The translations under genes and the position numbers were made by a program. The notes below the pieces were generated by a model that was not told the DNA's origin, made no database searches, and saw only the letters and a list, made by a program, of their open reading frames with translations. A stretch of 64,000 nt of DNA from Orbicella franksi (Eukaryota), in assembly GCA_964199315.1 (NCBI GenBank), contig OZ116700.1, forward strand, positions 28,706,001 through 28,770,000, in the 5' to 3' direction. Shown here piece after piece: positions 1 to 10,877 of this stretch (position 1 is the first letter of the stretch; every line of letters begins with the position of its first letter).

Positions 1-160
1 AGTAGTACCTCTTTTACGTAGTCCGTCGAGTGTGACGCGAAAAAAGGGCGAGAAAAAAATTGTCGTGCGAAATCTGGGGGCGAGAAGCGAAGCGCCCCCA
101 GCTTTCGAGCGGCCATTTTTTTTTCTCGTGCTTTCTGTTTTTGCGTCACATTCGACGGAC
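1..160. mobile_element. Palindromic MITE-like element in a PEX5 intron, followed by a short (GAAATT)n run
   Basis: Inverted arms AGTCCGTCGAGTGTGACGC (near 20-38) and GCGTCACATTCGACGGACT (near 143-161), with GAAAAAAA/TTTTTTTC inner arms. Non-coding. Confidence 0.6.
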
Positions 161-343
161 TGAAATTGTAATTGAAATTGAAATTAAAATTGTAACTGAA
201 ATTGAAATTGTACGCAGACGTTCTCTGAAGATAGATTTATTCTTTACAAAAGGAAGGCTTTTTATCCCTTGATTATCTGGAGCAAGTCGCTGTTTATACA
301 GTTCTGTCCTTTCATTCATTAATTTAAAAAAATTCTTTTGTAG

Positions 344-2066
344 GCCTGTCAAACTTTAAAAGCTTGGTTAAAAGCAAATCCTCGGTAAGTGGGAATGTTT
401 CACTACATCTGAACTGTGCAGCTTTCTACCCAACTAGTTTACTACTAAAAACTAAAAACTCTATTTAACCTCTCATGTCAGATACATGGACCTGGTACCG
501 AATGAGCCTGCGGGAGCAGAGGGCGGCGCGCGGTCGCGGCTTGTGACGTCATCCATGATGTCATCGGAGATGTACAATGAGATTAAAGAGCTTTACATCA
601 CCGCTGCACAAAGAGCTCCAGAGAAAGATATTGACTCCAACGTGCAGGCAAGTACCCTGTTACTCTGTACAGTCTCTGTAACAACGCAAACGAAAGAAGC
701 CCGGAGTAGTTGCAGAGCACTTCTCAAAGTTGTGGAAATTTGCGTTAGGTTAAAAATATTTGCAAAACGTTTGCAACACCAAACTCAAAACCTGAATATT
801 TGTATACACGGTCTTAATGATCACGGGCCAAAAATCTTCAATTTCAGGTATTTTAAAGGCCTTTCAAGGACAAAGCGCGCGTGATCATGCTGTATCGGTA
901 AAAAGACAATGATAAGAACCAATCATGCTAACAGGCTGAGTGGTACAGATTACCTTCGAAACTTAATGTTGATGTATTTTTAATACTTGGTAGCTAAGTG
1001 TGTAACCTAAGTATTCGCACCCTGACATGTACTCCATGTTCTCTTCCTCCAACAGGTTGGTCTCGGCGTCCTGTTTAATCTGTCAGGGGAGTACGACAAA
1101 GCTGTTGATTGCTTCCAGGCCGCGCTACACGCCTTGCCAAACGATGCCTTGCTATGGAACAGACTGGGCGCTACCCTAGCGAATGGCGGGCGCAGCGAAG
1201 AAGCGGTCGATGCGTACAGACATGCGCTGAATCTCAGTCCCGGCTTCATTCGGTGTCGGTATAACTTGGGTATTAGCTGCATAAACCTGAACGCTCACAG
1301 ACAAGCAGTGGATCACCTGCTGACGGCGTTAAATATGCAACGAAAGGTAAATATGGACGGCAGTGAAGAAGTTTTTAAAAGAAAGCTGACGAGAAGGCAA
1401 TATTCTTTTCACAGATTTCTGTTTTCGCTAAGATCCGGGAGCAAGCGAAATGAAACCGAGGGTGGGAGGGGGGAGCGGAATGAATTCTTGGCTGGGGGGG
1501 GGGGGGGGAGGAATTTGAACAAGCGCGAATTACTGCGGACAGAGTAAGAAAACGAAGAACAATAGATATTGCAATTTGCAGCGTTTAATACGAAATAAGT
1601 GTAGCAAAACAGTTTAGCTGCCTTAATTTAACACGAGTTGTGCGACTAATATCATTTTAGAACAAAATTCTGTTTGAAACAATATTTTCAGCCCGCGGTT
1701 TTAGGTAGAGTGGTTGCCAAGTTGCAAATTGTTTCGTCGTAGCAACGACACAGCGGTCGAACGCGCAGCACAGGTGCACTTGTGCAGTTCCCTACAAAAG
1801 TGCAATACACACATTGAAGTGTTAAATTTTTTTAAGGAACGTTCATTTACTGACCCACTTCACCACTCGTTTTAATTACCCAGGGTACAGTTGGGCCAGG
1901 AGGCTCAGTATCGACGATGTCAGATAACATTTGGTCCACACTGCGCATGACTCTTTCACTGATGGGCAGATCTGAGCTTCACAGGGCAGTTGACACTCGT
2001 GATTTGGATCAACTTAACGCTGTCTTTCAAACGGAATCACACGATGATGGTGCAGTGACTGTCTAA
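344..2066 (+). CDS. PEX5: Peroxisomal targeting signal 1 receptor PEX5, last four exons (5' part lies outside the window)
   Basis: Exons 344-384, 482-647, 1056-1346 and 1884-2066 join in frame to [19 protein letters not shown]...DIDSNVQ|[24 protein letters not shown]...[47 protein letters not shown]...QRK|GTVG...[21 protein letters not shown]...TV*. These are the C-terminal TPR repeats and tail characteristic of PEX5. Intron 648-1055 is GC-AG; the others are GT-AG. Confidence 0.95.
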
Positions 2067-2993
2067 GGAGAAAACGTTTCATCGTTCGGTGATCTTATTT
2101 GGACAAGAGAAACAAAGAGCATTTGCCGAAGATTGCGCTAAGGGAAAAAAAAAAGTTCATGTGAATTTTGCGTGAGGATGAAATGAACTTAAGTTAATCC
2201 GCGAACATTCAACTCTATTTACTGAAGTGCGCTCGTTTCTTCCGTTTCTGCGTGCCAACAATAGACAAGAGTAAGATCCGGGGGAACAAACGACGGTGGT
2301 GCTACTTCACGCTTCTGATGTTGCTAAGCGCTAAGCTCCGACACTTGTATATGGTATATAAGGGCAAAATAAAACAGCAACTTTTCCAACATAAATAAAT
2401 GGAGAATTTCGCAGACTTGGTAAGGAGAGGTGGGAAAGAGTGACTTGTATGTTCTCGACAGCCTCTAAAAGTGACAAGCGCTTAAACTGTCACGTGACTG
2501 AGTGTCACGTGACGTCATTTCATGTAATAATTGTAATGGAATATTTAAAAGGTATAATATGTTAATATATGTGTTGTCAATTTTACTGTGGGCTTTGATC
2601 GACGAGGCAAAGCTATCGAATTGGCCTGAGCTTTGTAACCAATAAATATTTTTTTTAACAAAGCTTGTTATTGAACAGAGTTTTGTAAAAATCTATTTCG
2701 ACGTGTTTTTGTGCGAGAAGTAATCTAAAGGTTTTGTGCTTGGGAAAATTGAGATGGAATATTCTATTATGAATTTTCTTTTAAATGAGGCTGGATAATT
2801 CACTTTCAAGTTTCACAAAATGAACTTCACGTGATGATGAAATAAAATGATAACTGAAGAGGATCTTGCTTTTTGCACCTGGTTCCTTTGTTCACCTTGT
2901 GCACTTGATGACGTGGTTTACTTGGTTTTTCACGGGTTGTTGTGGTCCCCATTCTTCACATCTGATTCGTCTTTATTCGTCTTTGTTCTTTTA

Positions 2994-3299
2994 GAGACAG
3001 ACCATTATTTTGAGGTGGGGGGGGGGAGTGAAATTCCTCCCCTCCCCCCAAAAAAATTTCTGTACATTAACAACTGCTGGAAATAAAATTCCTACAAGGG
3101 GTGCCATGGGAAAAATATCAAGCGTTTGCTACGATCTAGGTCCTGATTTTGATGTTAAAACAATTCTTGCACAAGCTATTTCCCACCAATAAAAAGTCAT
3201 ACATTACCTGAGGGTGAGAAAAACAAATTAATGCCCCAGAAGTTTGCCCAACCCACCCCCTCCCCCCTCCCTCGCCTTCAAAAAAATAATGGTCCGTCC
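2994..3299. mobile_element. MITE with terminal inverted repeats
   Basis: The left end GAGACAGACCATTATTTT matches the reverse complement of the right end AAAAATAATGGTCCGTCC. G-runs and C-runs lie just inside each end. No ORF. Confidence 0.65.
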
Positions 3300-3638
3300 G
3301 GCAATTAGTTCACCTGGTTTTCCTGGTTTTCGTGCTTGTTGTTCACCGGGTCTCCTAGCTGGTTCTTGCTTTGTTTTACCCAACTTCCCCCCCCCCCCCC
3401 CGTCCCTCCTCCGCAAAAAAGATCAAAATCGTCGCCAGGTCTATCCATGTGATATCACCGTCAAGTAGTCCTTGTACATATTTCGTTATTGAACCCCCAA
3501 GTGCCTTTTATTGGCGGACGCGGCCAGTTTTATGGCGTGGATGAAGATCTGCCTATCACTGTCACACGTTAGTGGTTTCAAAACTAAAATGGAAAAATGC
3601 TCCGCCTTGAACGCAATTTGAGGAGGCAATCTGCCCCT

Positions 3639-4268
3639 GGGGGTATTCCCTATAATGGCCTACACGGGGAAGCTCCGCACGAAAGGGGGACCTTTTTCAG
3701 GCTTCAGCAGGTCTCAGGTATATAAAAGGGTATGGATTTCACAAGGTGAAAGGGTGAGGAATTCTGTCCTTTAGCTCCATTTAGTTAATTAAAAGGGCCT
3801 TTAGCGTTCAGAAAAAACGAGCACTAATAAGAGTTAATCTCCTTTTATTCTGCCAACAACAGAACACTCAAACCGCAACAACTTGCCCAAAGGGCACGTG
3901 CTTACAATTGGGAGGAATTGGCAAATCCCCCTCTAAGAACTAAATGTCATATGATAACGCAAGAATGTTCTAGAAATGTCACGCAAGGAATGTTGAGGGT
4001 CACTACAGGCCCATAATCAAAATATTTCCAACAGATGCATCTTTATATGGCTGGGTCATTTAAATGACGGAAAGATTTCCTTTTTTCGCGGTTTATTAAT
4101 AGTACGGGCCGGTTATGAAATTCGAAAGCATGTGAAAGTGGCTAGGGCTACCTTTTTTAATAAAGGGTATACGAGAGGGAAGCCTTTTCTGTTAAAATGG
4201 TGTACAAAAGCATAAGGAGTTGGACCTTGGGGAGGGGCATCCCCGTATAAAACTTTGTGAAGTACCCC
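3639..4268. mobile_element. Non-autonomous DNA element (MITE) with imperfect TIRs, probably carrying an internal insertion
   Basis: Left end GGGGGTATTCC...TACACGGGGAAGC versus reverse-complemented right end GGGGTACTTC...TATACGGGGATGC. It resembles a repeat family I recall from coral genomes (not database-verified). Confidence 0.55.
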
Positions 4269-4311
4269 TATCCCCTCAGCCCCTCGGTCCCGGGTAATCT
4301 GCACGATTTTA

Positions 4312-4680
4312 AGGTCAGCATGCACGAGGGGACTAATCCCTGCAACTAGTCCCTGCAACTACTGAACTAGTCCCCAGAAGAGTTTACACGAGGGTGTTGT
4401 CCCACGAACAGTTCACACGAAGCGTTTTGAGGAACAAGTCGCAGGGACATGTCCCAAAAATTCAAACCAGTTTGAATTCGTGGGACTAGTCGCAAGGACC
4501 AAACTTTGGTCCCTGCAACTAGATTTTGAAGCAAAAGTAGCTAGTTCACACGATGGGACTACTTTGGTCCCTGTGACTAGATTTTGAAGCAAAAGTGGCT
4601 AGTTCACACGATGGTACATGTCCTCGCGACTTGTTGCAGGGACTAGCCGCAGGGACTAGTACCCTCGTGTGTGCCGACCT
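4312..4680. mobile_element. PIF/Harbinger-like MITE with TTA target-site duplication
   Basis: TIRs of about 45 bp (AGGTCAGCATGCACGAGGGGACTAATCCCTGCAACTAGTCCCTGCAAC versus reverse complement AGGTCGGCACACACGAGGGTACTAGTCCCTGCGGCTAGTCCCTGCAAC). Flanked by TTA at 4309-4311 and 4681-4683. It has an internal direct duplication of about 58 bp near 4503-4618. Confidence 0.8.
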
Positions 4681-5157
4681 TTACCATACCCCAAAATCGA
4701 GCCCAGAGTTTCTGACGGCGGAGACAGGACGCTTATATGTAGCCGGCCTTTTTCTGCCCTGGCCCTGGAGGAGATGACGATGAATCCGCTCGCTTTTGGG
4801 CAGCGGCCATCAACGGTTTCAGTCCTCCATGGTATAATAGACACTGTAGTGTAACATAGTAACATTGCACCACCAAAAAGCAACATGGCCGCAAGGCCTG
4901 CAGCTGTACGGTGGAGTAGAATAAGCTATTTATAGCTTCTTTTGCATTTTGTTGTTTATATGCTTAGTATAAATGTAAGCCTAGTACTATCTCTGCAGTT
5001 TTTGTTGAAGGGGTTCTGGACGAAACAGCACGGAAACTGTCAAGCCACCTCCAAATTTATCACCTCGACGTTTAAATATCTCAAGCGAAGCTTTAATTTT
5101 ACTCACAAGGAAATCGAAAATTTATTGAGTAAACTATACCACAGGTGAAATCTTATA

Positions 5158-7825
5158 ATGACGAAAGGCGGAGCTAACAAGAAACAGACGAAAGGGCAAC
5201 GGCGCGACGAGCTTGAAAGGAAACGAGATGACCGTGTGAGGCGAAATGCTTTGAAAAAAGAGCGTAAAATTAAAGAGTACCTTGAAGATGATCAAGACTT
5301 TGCCAGCTTCAGTAACCAGCTGGAGGCGCTGGGTTTGAAGATCAAAGACATCCCAGGAGACGGGTTAGTCTAAGGCTATAACATTAACACTCGTTTAACT
5401 TTAACTATACAGCAATAATTTGTAATAATTACTCAACAAACTGTTATAGAATAAGAAAGAAATTCAAGGTTATGTTGAATGTCATTATACTTGGGAAAGA
5501 TGTCTCTGAAAGTTATAGATCTGTAGAGGGACATGAAATATAACCTTGATAAAATTATGTGATAGCACCGTCTTGAAAGGAATCTACCATGAAGTTATAA
5601 AGTTTACTTTTCTAAGCATTAGACATGTTCATGCAGGAGAGGTCGGTTTTAAAAACATACCAATGATAATCCATTTGAAGAAGCTAGTGATAAAAGGGGA
5701 TAACTGACAATTTTGGTTTTTTTTTTTTGCTCCCAATTAGCTGAATTTTTGCATGTGGCCTTCATTTCAGCTGAAAAACATTGCCCTGTAATTTTTTTCG
5801 CTGGGTTGCTCTTCATTTTCGAGAAATAATGTATGCAAAAAAGGCACTTTTCCTAGTGGCATCTTTTGGCGAATGCGAAACAACAGAAACCTTTTGTTTT
5901 GCCAGACAATGAAATCAACGAAGCATCACATTATTTTGTCAGTCTGGATCTGACTGGTAGTTCCAAACTGTTCAGTTACATGTAAATAGATTGAGTAAGT
6001 TTCATTGAGCTGCACATCAAATGAAGTCCACTTGAAGTACTTGTGAGTTGGAGCACAACTGTTTGTCCTCCACACAGCTCCCCAGTAACAATAGCAATAG
6101 ACCATTTCTGAGTTACCCTGTGCCTCTGTTTCAAAATGAGTCCTCATGTGAAACCTTTTGTGTGAAAACGAATTTGATTTGGATGAAAAAGAACCTGTAG
6201 GGGGAACATATTTTCATATGAATGGTTTTGCATGAAGACTCATTTTACCTCTCTATGCTGGAAATCTAGTAACATAAGTACAGAAATCTGCTGAGGACCA
6301 GTGCGTCAGAGATATCTAACTTCTGTACAAACAATTTTCCCTTGCTGTACCCAGAAATTGCTTGTTCCGGGCCTTAGGGGATCAGATTGAGGGAGAGCAC
6401 ACGTCCCATGCCCGGCACAGAAGAGAAACAGTCAGATACATGAGAGATCATAGAAGTGACTTTGAACCGTTTATGGAGGACAATGTGTCATTTGATAAGC
6501 ATTGTAAGTATTGCAAATAATCATTCACAAATCATTTTCTGAGTAATTTAGCTTAGTAATACATGTATCTAAACAGAGAAGACAACTTGTGAACACAACT
6601 GACAAAGCTGAGATGTTTTAAAGAACACAAGTTTTATGTGGTTTCATTTGTTGCCTTCAGTAGAGCAATTATCGAAACTTAGTACTTACGGTGGAAATGA
6701 CAGCATTGTGGCTTTTGCTCGTAACCATGGTGTCAATATTGTCATACATCAACTCAATGAACCTCGATGGGTTATATATGGTGGAGATTACAGCAAGAAT
6801 GGACAAGCTCGAGAGCTACATATTTCTTACCATAATGGTGAACATTACTCATCTGTACGATGCATTAATGACAACACTACAGAACCAGCTTGGATTAAAC
6901 ATAATGAAAAAACATCTGCAGTCACAGCTGTAAGTATTAATTTATATATAGATTTAGCCAAGCCTAAAAGCAGAGCTCCTGATTGCAATAATTATAAGTT
7001 ACCCTGGCTTGAGCCTGCAATCCGATCGAAAACCAGTACCTGGACAGTGGTCAACGTAAAAAAAAGGTGACCTCAGTGAGCTCTAAACTTGAGCCAGCGA
7101 TATGGTGATGTGATACTGGTCAGCACATGCCTTGTTTTGACAGGTGTCAGTTGACCATAACATAGATGTCTTGAATATCAAAGCTGTATGCTGTAAACCA
7201 AGGTTGCATGCCTCAGTCGACATATTAATTTTGCCGAAGTATGGCTGTCACGTTGTGCGACGCCATCATTCTTGTCATTGTGCATGCATACTGTTAGCCA
7301 TGATAACCACAAAGAAAGCAATTTATGGGATCATATGAGTACATGGTGCTCTGCATGGAGGCCCTTTAGGTTGCTTGAGCCCCGCTATAATTTATGAGGT
7401 TGCATCATTGGCATAATTATGAACTTCAGATGAAGACACCAAGGGGAAGAATAAATGGTAGTTTTAAACACATTTTATGTTGACGGACATGTAACTTTTG
7501 GCTGAATTGTTGTTTTTCTTTAGGCTGGAAAACCGCAACCTTCAGAAACCAGAAAGGTGAGAAAGTCTAAAGAAAAGGAAAAAAGAAAAGACACAACAGC
7601 TGATATTGACAACATGGCTTTTCTACAAGGAGACAAGCTCACAGCAGAGGAGTTAGTTATGGCAGCCACTGGATGTAAGGTGCAGAATAAAATACCAACA
7701 GATACATGATTTAAATATCTAGCACATGGTAATTTAAGAAAATAGATGCAATTAATATAAAATTAACAACTGCATCGCAAAATGGAGGCTGGGTGCCTGT
7801 GATATCCAGGAGCTTCCACTATTGG

Positions 7826-7869
<44 letters not shown>

Positions 7870-10335
7870 TGGCAAGCCAGCCATGAGCCCCCACGCAGAA
7901 GGGAGAGCAGGCACCCGTCACACTGTGTGAACAGTGGAAAAGAGGGAGGGAAATGGGGGGGAGGGAGGAAGCCTTGAAGATGAGGTCCCATGAACTGCCA
8001 CGCAAATAACACGCTAGCGCCTGTAACGCTAAACACACTTCAGTCAAAGAGCACATGGGATCTGGCGCATGCCCATGTATGAAATGCCGCTGACTCCAGA
8101 CAACACTGGCGCTCTTTGTTGTTAACTCCGTTAAATTGCATTTAACTGCATATTACAAAACATGTGTAGGGAAAATTGAAATCTTGGACAAAGCAAAAGA
8201 GAGTAAAAATCAACAGTGAGACCACCCAAAAATAAACAAAGTCAGTCTCATGACTCAAACCAACAACTCAGAGTTGTAATTAGCAGTTTTCTCTATGCCT
8301 TACTGTAAGTATTGAACACTGTGCCATATTGTTCAATATGATTTATGGCTTAAATATCTTTGTTATTCATGTCACACTTTTAGTACATTTATGTGGCACT
8401 TTGTTGGTTTCATGATATTTCTTTGTCACAAAACAAAGGACTAATCATTTTCTATTGCTTCTATTTTGAATATAGCAACAGCATTTTTTGGCTTTTTTTT
8501 TCTTGAAAATGGAGCGGAAACTAGCAAAAAAAGCCAGGACAATGTTTTTCAATTTATTTAAAGGCCAAATGCAAAAATGCAGCTTATTTGGACCAAAAAA
8601 AATTTATCAAAATATTCACTTATCCCCTTTTACCACTAGTTACTTCACTGAAGGATATTTATAGTATAAAGCTTTCAAATTACTGAATTAATTTCCTGCA
8701 ATTCTGAATGTTAGAGCTTGTGACATAATTATCATCCTGGACCCTGACAAATGTCTGAATCACTTAATTCCATCAACAGAGAGCTGATTTTGATGTTAGT
8801 TCATGGCTGTATGATTTCCCTCTGGCAAAGTGAACAGTCTTCATTTCATTTTCTAGGACTTGGTTACCATCGCTCAAACTCTTGAGGATAACGCTTATGA
8901 TGTTGATGCCTCCATTCATTACATTCTTCAGTTGATGTGTGTTGCTGAGGACACAGGTATGTTCGGATGAGTTGTAGAGTGGGGACACTACTTGTACTTT
9001 TGGACGGTAATGCATTCTTGTGTGTAATACATGCCCCATGCTCAGTTGATTGCTGAGCTCCTAGTAGGGGTTTTCGGGATACAGGATGTTTATGTTAATA
9101 TTAGCAGGAATACAGGATATTACAGGAAAGGGTTATGGGCAGCATACTCTTCATTGAGGGTGGCAAAGGAGGGGGGAAATACCAATCACACATCACGCTG
9201 AACTTTTCTACTAAATCATGTATCATGGGGCATTTTTTTCACCAATCAGGTGTCATGTAAAAAGAAGTAAGTACATTGCCGATTTTACTCTCTTGCCCCT
9301 ATAAGTGTTGTTAAAAAGAGAATTCTCCCGATTCAACCACAGAAATGCATTGGCAAATATTCCAAACATTTTCCCCAAAAAATGACAATTATTGCTCAAA
9401 ATAAAGTTGATGACCTGTACGGGAGACCGAGAGATTATGTCTGTATCCAGGAGACTTCTGGATAATCTGGGAGAGTTGGCACCATCTGTGAACCGGCTTT
9501 TGATGAGCGTGAAAAAAAATAAAATAGGGCGAGTGAAGCAAGCCTAGCGGGGTGCGATTTTTCCCTCTCCAGACCATTCTTTGTTATATCTGCCTGCCAG
9601 TTTATTTGCTTTCCCTACAACAAAATCAGGAGCCTGTTCACAGGCTAAGTTGGCAGAGATCTTACATGTTTATTTATTGCTTCATTTATGTTTTGTGTCT
9701 ACACATTCCCCATGATGAGACAAAAAATAGAGTATTTTAAAAGTAGGTCACTAATATGTACAATTACATTGATTTCACTAACCACAGTGTTTGTTTCAGG
9801 GTGTTTGTCTGACGAACTTTATGCCACCAGCAGTGAACTAGTAAATCATGTTCCAATGACGGAATGCAATGTGTTGGAATCTGAAAAATCTGCTGACATG
9901 GAAATTAAGGATCTTAATACAAACAATTCTACTGATGAAACATATAGTTGTTCCACTGAGGATAACACACAGTTATCAGATTTGGGGACTAAAGAAGAGA
10001 CAGAAAACAGTAATTTAAATCTATCAAGCAATCCAAAGAGTGAAACTGTACAGGACTTGAGTGAATCCATATCACATGGCGACCATAAATCCAGTAAGAC
10101 TTATGAGCAGCAAGGGGCAAGGCCCAAAGTTGTTGATAGGTCTAAAAACAGACAAGGAACAAGTAATGTGCACTTGAGTAACAAGAAAAGAAAGGAACTT
10201 GCAAAGCAGGAGAAAAAGAAACAAAGGGATGAAAGGAGAAAGGAGGACTCGATTCCCTGTCTTGATTCTGGAGCTGCAGGGGAACAAAATACCAGCAATG
10301 GTATTGTTACTGATTTAGGACTTCTTGCAATATAG
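5158..10335 (+). CDS. OTUD3: OTU domain-containing deubiquitinase 3 (about 471 aa, 6 exons)
   Basis: Exons 5158-5363, 6355-6503, 6661-6929, 7524-7679, 8857-8956 and 9800-10335 are all GT-AG and total 1416 nt in frame. The catalytic loop IPGDG|[10 protein letters not shown] and [15 protein letters not shown] are intact. A UBA-like segment ATGCK|[26 protein letters not shown] and a basic C-terminal [22 protein letters not shown]...DLGLLAI match the OTUD3 layout. Confidence 0.93.
6096..6250. mobile_element. MITE fragment in OTUD3 intron 1
   Basis: AATAGACCATTTCTGAGTTACCCTGTGCCTCTGTTTCAAAATGAGTCC...GAAGACTCATTTT has an internal inverted arrangement. It is a recalled cnidarian repeat family, not verified. 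Confidence 0.5.
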
Positions 10336-10877
10336 AAGTCCGCAAGTCTATTTCTATTTCTAATATTTCTTCAGGAAATGGTCACGTCATATTTCCTATG
10401 AAATATTTTATTTAATATTGTTATTACTTTGGTGCACATGCCAAACATGGGCACTACATGGTATCAATTAACGAAAAAAGCAGTTCTTGCCAAATACTAA
10501 TCTAATCTAATGTCATCTAGCAACATTTAAAAATAAATTCAGTGTGTGCCTTCTCTGTTTCCATTATAAATACTGGGGGGTGGGTGCAAGCTATTGTAGA
10601 CTTCCTTTAGTGTTACAAAATCAGCAAACTTACAAAAACAGCAACATTCAAATTACTCAAGTACACAAACTGATTTTAAAAATATGTAGCTACAAATTAT
10701 AGTTCTCACAAAAGCTAACTACAAAAATAGAATTTCCTTAGTTGTAAGTATAAACAATTTTCTTATTTACAAAATTAATTAAAATGGCCTTGTTAATTCA
10801 CATGATTGTATAAAATTTTGATGTCAAGGTTAGAAAATCAATGACACTCAAACTGATCTGATTCATACTATTTGTTA

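Noticed and set aside
1347-1547. C-terminal part of ORF 1134-1547, and likewise 648-884 of ORF 486-884
   Set aside because: Intron read-through. PEX5 similarity stops at the donors and resumes in the next exons.
4700-4860. GC-richer stretch that could be an snRNA/snoRNA or a divergent short ORF (MAAAQKRADSSSSPPGPGQKKAGYI*)
   Set aside because: I could not match it to any RNA family motif or splice it to anything. It is more simply promoter or repeat sequence, and an Rfam/Infernal scan would be needed.
7763-8056. 97-aa and 66-aa minus-strand ORFs in OTUD3 intron 4
   Set aside because: Low-complexity, repeat-like sequence with no domain signal or supporting splice pattern.
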